Positions 34,601 through 38,521 of a stretch of 38,521 nucleotides of DNA are shown one piece after another (positions within the stretch are counted from its first letter, which is position 1; each line of letters opens with the position of its first letter). Under the pieces are notes generated by a model. It made no database searches. It saw nothing but the letters and a program-made list of their open reading frames with translations, and was not told the DNA's origin. The stretch comes from an uncultured Chloroflexaceae bacterium. GTDB taxonomy: Bacteria; Chloroflexota; Chloroflexia; Chloroflexales; Chloroflexaceae. The translations under genes and the position numbers were made by a program. The stretch lies in the NCBI GenBank assembly GCA_964559995.1, contig CAZLKK010000001.1, positions 1 to 38,521 on the forward strand. The letters are read 5' to 3'.

Positions 34601-37289
34601 ATTTATTGAAGAGCAGTTTATCCGATATGATGGCACCCCCATGCATGTCGAAGTTGCCTCAAGTACGCTTGTCTATGCAGGCAAGCCGGCTATCTTGGTG
34701 GTAGCCCGCGATATTACCGAGCGCAAGCGGGTTGAACAAGCCCTGCGGGAGAGTGAACAGAAATTCCGTTGCTTCTTTGAACAATCGCGTGATGGGTTGA
34801 TGCTGATAGATCGCCAGGGTATCATCCTTGATTGGAACAAAGGGGCTGAGCGTATTTGGGCAATCCCCCGTGGAGAAGCTATCCAGCGTCCCGTTTGGGA
34901 CGTTCTCTTCCAAGCTGCGCCAGAAGACCACAAAACGCCATTGGTCTATGAGCAGACCAAAACAACGATGCTCCACATGCTCCAGTCTGGACGTACCCCC
35001 TCGCTTAATCAATGGGTCTGGCGTGAGGTACAACACCAGGATGGCAGCCGTTTGCATATTCATTCGCTTGTCTTCCCCATCACCATTGACGATACGCTAC
35101 TCCTCGGCAATATTACCAGAGACATCACCGAGCAGAAACAAGCCGAGGAAGAACTCAAACAGGCGTGGCAAGCAGCCGAAATCGCCTCCCGCGCCCGTTC
35201 GGAGTTTCTCGCCAATATGAGCCACGAGATACGCACCCCCCTGAATGCCATCATTGGGATGACCACACTGCTGTTTAATACGCCGCTCACGCCAGAACAG
35301 CGCGACTTTACCGACACGATACGCACGAGCAGCGATGCACTGCTGGCACAAATCAACGACATTCTCGACTTCTCAAAAATCGAGGCAGGAAAACTCAAAC
35401 TGGAGCATCAACCCTTTAATTTGTGTACCTGCATTGAAGAGACCTTCGACCTCGTTTCAGACCGTGCGGCAGAAAAACGACTAGACCTTGCCTATATGGT
35501 AGAACCCCCTTCGCTCTGCTCGCTCATTGGTGATCCCACACGGGTGCGACAGATTATCGCCAATCTTTTGAGTAATGGGGTGAAGTTTACCGAACATGGC
35601 GAGGTCACGCTGCTGGTGCAAGCTGACGATACTATCCATACGGATGAGGAGCAAATCGACAAGAGCCAGGATACTGCCCGTCCCCAACATACCATGCTGC
35701 ATATGTATATTGCAGATACGGGGGTAGGTATCCCAAAGGAAGCCTTAGACAAGCTGTTTCAGTCATTTACGCAGATAGACACCTCAACGACACGCAAGTA
35801 TAGTGGCACGGGGTTGGGGTTGATCATCAGCAAACGGCTTGCCGAGCTTATGGGAGGGACAATTGAGATAGCAAGCGAACCAGACCAGGGAACAACGCTC
35901 CATGTGTCGCTGGCACTGGAGCGGTTGCCAGACATCCACGACCAGTCATCCCCCGAACTTGCCAACAAGCACCTCCTGGTGATACAGCAAGATACTACTA
36001 CGCACCGCTATCTCACCCGCTGGCTGGCTACGTGGGGTTGTCAAATAACGACCATTACCTCCAGCGCAGCAGCCTATGATGTGCTGCAACAACCTGCCGT
36101 CTATGATGGTATCTTGCTCGACAGCAATCTGCCCAATACAGAGGGAGACCACCTTACCCAAGCGGTCTGTGCGGCATACCCCAACACCCCCTTCATCCTG
36201 CTGATCTTTCCCGGCTCGCAGGATGGGAAAGAGCTTACAGATACCCTAATATTGATGCACAAACCTCTAAAGCCAACCTACTTGCACCAAACATTGCGGA
36301 GCATCTTTACCCATACGCCGATACCATCCCGCAGTCGTATGCACGAGCACTACATCAATCCCCAAATGGCTCACCACTACCCGCTAACTATGCTGTTGGC
36401 AGAGGACAATGCGCTCAACCAAAAGATAGCCCTGCATTTGCTCAAGCGGATGGGGTATCTTGCCGATATTGCCGCAAATGGCATTGAGGTGCTGAATGCG
36501 CTGCGGCGACAGACCTATGATGTTATCCTGATGGATGTCCAGATGCCAGAGATGGACGGTATCCAGGCAACTCGCCATATCCGTATGCACCATCCAGAAG
36601 ACCGCCAACCCTGGATCATTGCGATGACTGCCTATGCGTTGGTGGGGGATAGGGAGCGGTGCCTTGCAGCGGGGATGAATGACTACGTAAGTAAGCCAGT
36701 CCATATAGAAGAACTGATCGAAGCCCTCTATCGGGTATCAAGCACTGCCAAGCCGGTGCTACCCACAGAGTTGGTGGCAGAATCTGTACAGGCAACGATG
36801 CGTGAAATTATGCAGGATGAATCCCCAGAAGGACAATCATTACCATTACCAGAAGGTCAACTAGAAAGACAAGAAATCAATACGATGCAACCATTCAACA
36901 ATACTGGCACTCCAAGTACGAATACCATAGACCCCCAAGCCTATAACCTCTTTCGCCAGATGATCGGGGAGGAGGATACTGAGGCGATTATTGATATGCT
37001 AGATTTGTTCATGGATGATGTGCCAGAAAAGTTAGCTAAAATGGAGCAAGCCCTGGAACAAGCGGATCATGCCAAACTCTCCCAGATTGCCCACGCCCTC
37101 AAGTCCTCCAGTGCTCAGATTGGCGCACTCTCGCTCTCTGAACATTGTAAGCAGTTGGAAGCTGCTACCAAATCTACCACCCAAGCGGAACTTCAGCAGT
37201 TGGTGTCGTCACTCAAGGCAGAGTATCAGCGGGTAGAACGCGCCCTACAACAGCTATGTGCAGCAGAAAAGAACGATAACGGAGAATAG
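31638..37289 (+). CDS. Hybrid sensor histidine kinase: about 7 PAS plus 1 GAF, HisKA, HATPase_c, an atypical receiver, a canonical receiver, and HPt
   Basis: 1883 aa, ATG start with AGAGG 6 nt upstream. PAS modules are joined by recurring DITERK..EQALRESE linkers. H-box SHEIRTPLNAIIGM (His codon 35223..35225). ATP-lid ADTGVGIP and GTGLGLIISKRLAELMGG. Receiver 1 is LLVIQQD..ILLDSNLP..HKPLKP (acidic pair replaced). Receiver 2 is LLAEDNALNQ..DVILMDVQMPEMDG..SKPV. HPt is AHALKSSSAQIG. Confidence 0.9.
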   Translation: MGTGTPNSPETPNKDTALQEHLLVALQQHNPVFASLEPPQQQQLVQDIIAIAADHTPSLLAVAQPPHHSPTQPTAPQEPPVLLEQNRQDSEQRLQTIIEKNADPIIVCIAGNVCFINPAAEMMFGRSAQELLGYDLGIPLVAADKTEVDILDTQGEHHIAEMRVVEITWGGETALLATFRDITRRKELEDQLEQKVHERTSMLQHATERLIIELARREKAEQTIQGRDAIFEAIEYTAQTSLKTTSIKQNIPAILNQLGTATGVNRITLFTVEPLQKLQRMHTWTSSATLLSTLPEDLPTYHTDVIDPTTRTFSRWFERLQKGLSIYGNVQALPLNERDILQQQHIQSLAIIPIFVNDTWWGFLEFDHCYSEHAWLLAEAEALKAIANIIGTAMQREQIQQALLKSEERFRTVADFTYDWEYWVSPEGELLYNSPSCERITGYSPQEFQARTSLLYDIIHPEDRALMPNANKIIQSDKSRDIRIITAQGKERWINRIEQPVYANDGVWLGQRISNRDITERIYAEQALRESEATYRAMFEKNTAVKILVDPDTAMIVDANSAACQFYGYTQETIRDQSLSAIVDLSSNQLQDMIYAAQEEQRTYFTTRHRHASGTTREVEIYTAPIEIHGKTLIYSIIHDITDRIQAKLDLQHKEEHFREIVEETGDLIIQTDPKGIIIYINQATLKYLGHPPETYISRSLFDYIHPDDRKRTQVAFDMWVQRRATSATFENRMLHSNGTVYHLSWSICLHHATDGTPRTINAIAHNITERKQIEHALRESESRYRAISDLITDFAYAIRLEADNTPTLEWVTEAFTRTTGYTLHEIHQAGGWDTIIHPEDQPVIRQRRKWMIAGQASDITEFRIVTKPGDVRWLRNHCRPIWDSAQGRVARIYGAGQDITARVQAEQALRESEKRYRQLVELFPDMIIVHSEGKLMFINEEGAKRFGVESAEEIIGRPIMPHVAPAYREIVANRVAALQSGEQTRTAFIEEQFIRYDGTPMHVEVASSTLVYAGKPAILVVARDITERKRVEQALRESEQKFRCFFEQSRDGLMLIDRQGIILDWNKGAERIWAIPRGEAIQRPVWDVLFQAAPEDHKTPLVYEQTKTTMLHMLQSGRTPSLNQWVWREVQHQDGSRLHIHSLVFPITIDDTLLLGNITRDITEQKQAEEELKQAWQAAEIASRARSEFLANMSHEIRTPLNAIIGMTTLLFNTPLTPEQRDFTDTIRTSSDALLAQINDILDFSKIEAGKLKLEHQPFNLCTCIEETFDLVSDRAAEKRLDLAYMVEPPSLCSLIGDPTRVRQIIANLLSNGVKFTEHGEVTLLVQADDTIHTDEEQIDKSQDTARPQHTMLHMYIADTGVGIPKEALDKLFQSFTQIDTSTTRKYSGTGLGLIISKRLAELMGGTIEIASEPDQGTTLHVSLALERLPDIHDQSSPELANKHLLVIQQDTTTHRYLTRWLATWGCQITTITSSAAAYDVLQQPAVYDGILLDSNLPNTEGDHLTQAVCAAYPNTPFILLIFPGSQDGKELTDTLILMHKPLKPTYLHQTLRSIFTHTPIPSRSRMHEHYINPQMAHHYPLTMLLAEDNALNQKIALHLLKRMGYLADIAANGIEVLNALRRQTYDVILMDVQMPEMDGIQATRHIRMHHPEDRQPWIIAMTAYALVGDRERCLAAGMNDYVSKPVHIEELIEALYRVSSTAKPVLPTELVAESVQATMREIMQDESPEGQSLPLPEGQLERQEINTMQPFNNTGTPSTNTIDPQAYNLFRQMIGEEDTEAIIDMLDLFMDDVPEKLAKMEQALEQADHAKLSQIAHALKSSSAQIGALSLSEHCKQLEAATKSTTQAELQQLVSSLKAEYQRVERALQQLCAAEKNDNGE

Positions 37290-37353
37290 CAAAGGCGGCA
37301 CACTCCTAAGATTTTGCCCTTTTTTTCCCCCCTGCCCCTATCCAATAAAGGGC

Positions 37354-37517
37354 GAGGGGGTACCGAACATTGGGCGCACCGCCGTGCGCCCCTACGGAAC
37401 GTCTTCTCCCGCGTAGTGGGGGAAAGGAGACCGGATGGCTCCCCCTCGCCTTCTGGGAGAGGGGGAGCCGAACATTGGGCGCACGTCGGTGCGCCCCTAC
37501 GGATCGTCTTCTCCCGC
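37354..37517 (+). repeat. Two 59-nt direct repeat copies (period 105 nt), each with an 8-bp GC hairpin; members of the G/C-rich intergenic repeat family
   Basis: Copy 1 spans 37354..37412 and copy 2 spans 37459..37517. Consensus: GAGGGGG(TA/AG)CCGAACATTGGGCGCAC(NNNN)GTGCGCCCCTACGGA(A/T)CGTCTTCTCCCGC. The hairpins GGGCGCAC-CGCC-GTGCGCCC (37372..37391) and GGGCGCAC-GTCG-GTGCGCCC (37477..37496) differ mainly in the loop. In addition, GGCGAGGGGG (37351..37360) pairs with CCCCCTCGCC (37441..37450). They lie between convergent stops at 37289 and 37549. Confidence 0.8.
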
Positions 37518-37548
37518 TGAATCGATAACAATACCCATTTAAGATACG

Positions 37549-38521
37549 TTACGTTGACCTACCTTTATCAAGGTCATCATCATCAAGGTCATCATCATCA
37601 AGGTCATCAGATACCCGATTTTCTGTTACCCATAACCATGTCAATAAACTAGCCCCACTCATTATGCATAAAACACCTATCACCAAAATACTATTACCTG
37701 CCCAAAAGGATGTAGGCTCATTGGGAACCGATGCAAAAAGCGAAGAGGTAGTCATATTTGCCAAAGATATTGGTAGGCTTGTGGTAGGTGTACATACTTG
37801 TGTTGCAGAATTTTGGATAAGATTTTCGTAACGATAAAGTTGTCCTAGTTTGGGTTCATAGGGTTTTCCTGGTCCCATACCTGCTACAATAACAGGAACT
37901 TTGCCTGATATGTCGGATGTTTGTACAATACCTTCGCTCACTTCTATTAGGGTCATTTCAGAGGGGGAGATTGTCTTCAATACTTGTGAGGATGGTTGCG
38001 TTGATTGTAGATCAGTCGCCACAGCTACTGCTACTAGGTCAGAAGCTGTGACAGGTTTTTTTGTTGATGCACCCACCGTAAGCAGGGTCGCTGTGCTATT
38101 CTTGGTTAAGCTAGTTATGGAATCCCTATTGGGCATATTAGCGGCGTTGGGGGAAGGTGGGTAATCGGTGCTCCAGGTGGTTGCCCCGTCTGCTGTGCGG
38201 GCATAGACCTGCCCCGTAGACAGTGTGGGGTAGGTTATCGCATCCCCTATGGTATTGCTTTTACTGTCAAGTAGCGTTAGGGTACTGCCGTTGTTGGGGA
38301 GAAAACCGCTGGTAAAGGACACCAGCGCATACCCTCTGGCGGGTATTGTCACTGTCTGGATGCTCTTGGTTTGCACCGTGCCACTGCCGCTGGTGCGCCG
38401 AATTTTCCATCCGTCGAGGGTAACAGTACTGTTGCCCGTATTGTAGAGTTCTACCCATTCTTGCTCGCCGGTTGATGGTGCAGGGGAGAGTTCGTTTATG
38501 AGGATAGTTAGCGGCGTAGAT
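37549..38521 (-). CDS. Lamin-tail-domain (LTD) protein with a C-terminal TM helix and an acidic DDDL-repeat tail; the 5' end lies beyond the right edge
   Basis: The frame is open from 38520 with no start codon before GTG 38376, so the track start is an artefact of the window edge. The upstream residues STPLTILINELSPAPSTGEQEWVELYNTGNSTVTLDGWKI, together with ...IPARGYALV...LPNNGSTLTLLDSKSNTIGDAITY, form the LTD signature. The C-terminus is FWAGNSILVIGVLCIMSGASLLTWLWV followed by DDLDDDDLDDDDLDKGRST. Confidence 0.75.
   Translation of the reverse strand, partial: STPLTILINELSPAPSTGEQEWVELYNTGNSTVTLDGWKIRRTSGSGTVQTKSIQTVTIPARGYALVSFTSGFLPNNGSTLTLLDSKSNTIGDAITYPTLSTGQVYARTADGATTWSTDYPPSPNAANMPNRDSITSLTKNSTATLLTVGASTKKPVTASDLVAVAVATDLQSTQPSSQVLKTISPSEMTLIEVSEGIVQTSDISGKVPVIVAGMGPGKPYEPKLGQLYRYENLIQNSATQVCTPTTSLPISLANMTTSSLFASVPNEPTSFWAGNSILVIGVLCIMSGASLLTWLWVTENRVSDDLDDDDLDDDDLDKGRST
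37567..37609 (-). repeat. 15-nt tandem repeat, about 2.9 units, encoding the acidic (D)DDDL tail
   Basis: The plus-strand unit ATCAAGGTCATCATC occurs at 37567, 37582 and 37597 (the last partial). Confidence 0.85.

Noticed and set aside
37354-37517. CRISPR-like reading of the two 59-nt repeats
   Set aside because: There are only two copies. The repeats are longer than CRISPR repeats and diverge from each other. The spacer is itself part of the same repeat family, and there are no cas genes.
37226-37531. 101-aa (minus) and 68-aa (plus) ORFs between the kinase and the LTD gene; similarly 9293..9510 (minus) and 30185..30316 (the leader part of the galE track ORF)
   Set aside because: They are made almost wholly of the G/C-rich repeat family, which stays open in several frames (GRGG/PLP-type translations). 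They have no start context, and the same artefact appears at every repeat site.

Overview
All calls were made by eye from the sequence and the ORF track; no searches were run. Gene content suggests chromosomal DNA from a chlorosome-type anoxygenic phototroph (Chloroflexota-like). This is an inference from gene content only.

Gene order, left to right:
- 1-3620 (minus): a giant secreted SBBP/Calx-beta protein, truncated at its 3' end and absent from the ORF track.
- An AddB-like helicase-nuclease with no AddA partner, then a REC-PAS-PAS response regulator (both minus).
- An 872-nt non-coding gap holding an inverted pair of ~90-nt G/C-rich repeat elements.
- An SDR oxidoreductase (plus).
- A 14.5-kb run of minus-strand genes, listed here in transcription order (right to left in coordinates): bchU-like O-methyltransferase; (bacterio)chlorophyll synthase; three paralogous small CsmM/CsmN-like ORFs, one of them a 52-aa ORF below the track cutoff; an alpha/beta hydrolase; two tandem B12-binding radical SAM enzymes; a small STAS-like ORF; a lipase-like hydrolase; an ArsA/Get3-type ATPase; and a 1536-aa trypsin-like/NB-ARC/TPR STAND protein with two large low-complexity insertions.
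- A NACHT NTPase and a HEAT-repeat ORF that share one reading frame and are separated by a single TAG.
- pckG, galE and a 1883-aa hybrid histidine kinase.
- A 5'-truncated, low-GC lamin-tail-domain protein (minus).

No rRNA, tRNA, CRISPR array, transposase or integrase was recognised.

Main leads:
1. The ArsA/Get3 + apparent pseudoprotease-STAND-TPR pair.
2. The amber-interrupted NACHT-HEAT gene.
3. Tandem class-B radical SAM genes and a hydrolase embedded in a BChl c/chlorosome-type cluster.
4. The hidden 52-aa chimeric paralog.
5. A dispersed structured repeat family whose core string also occurs inside the STAND coding sequence.
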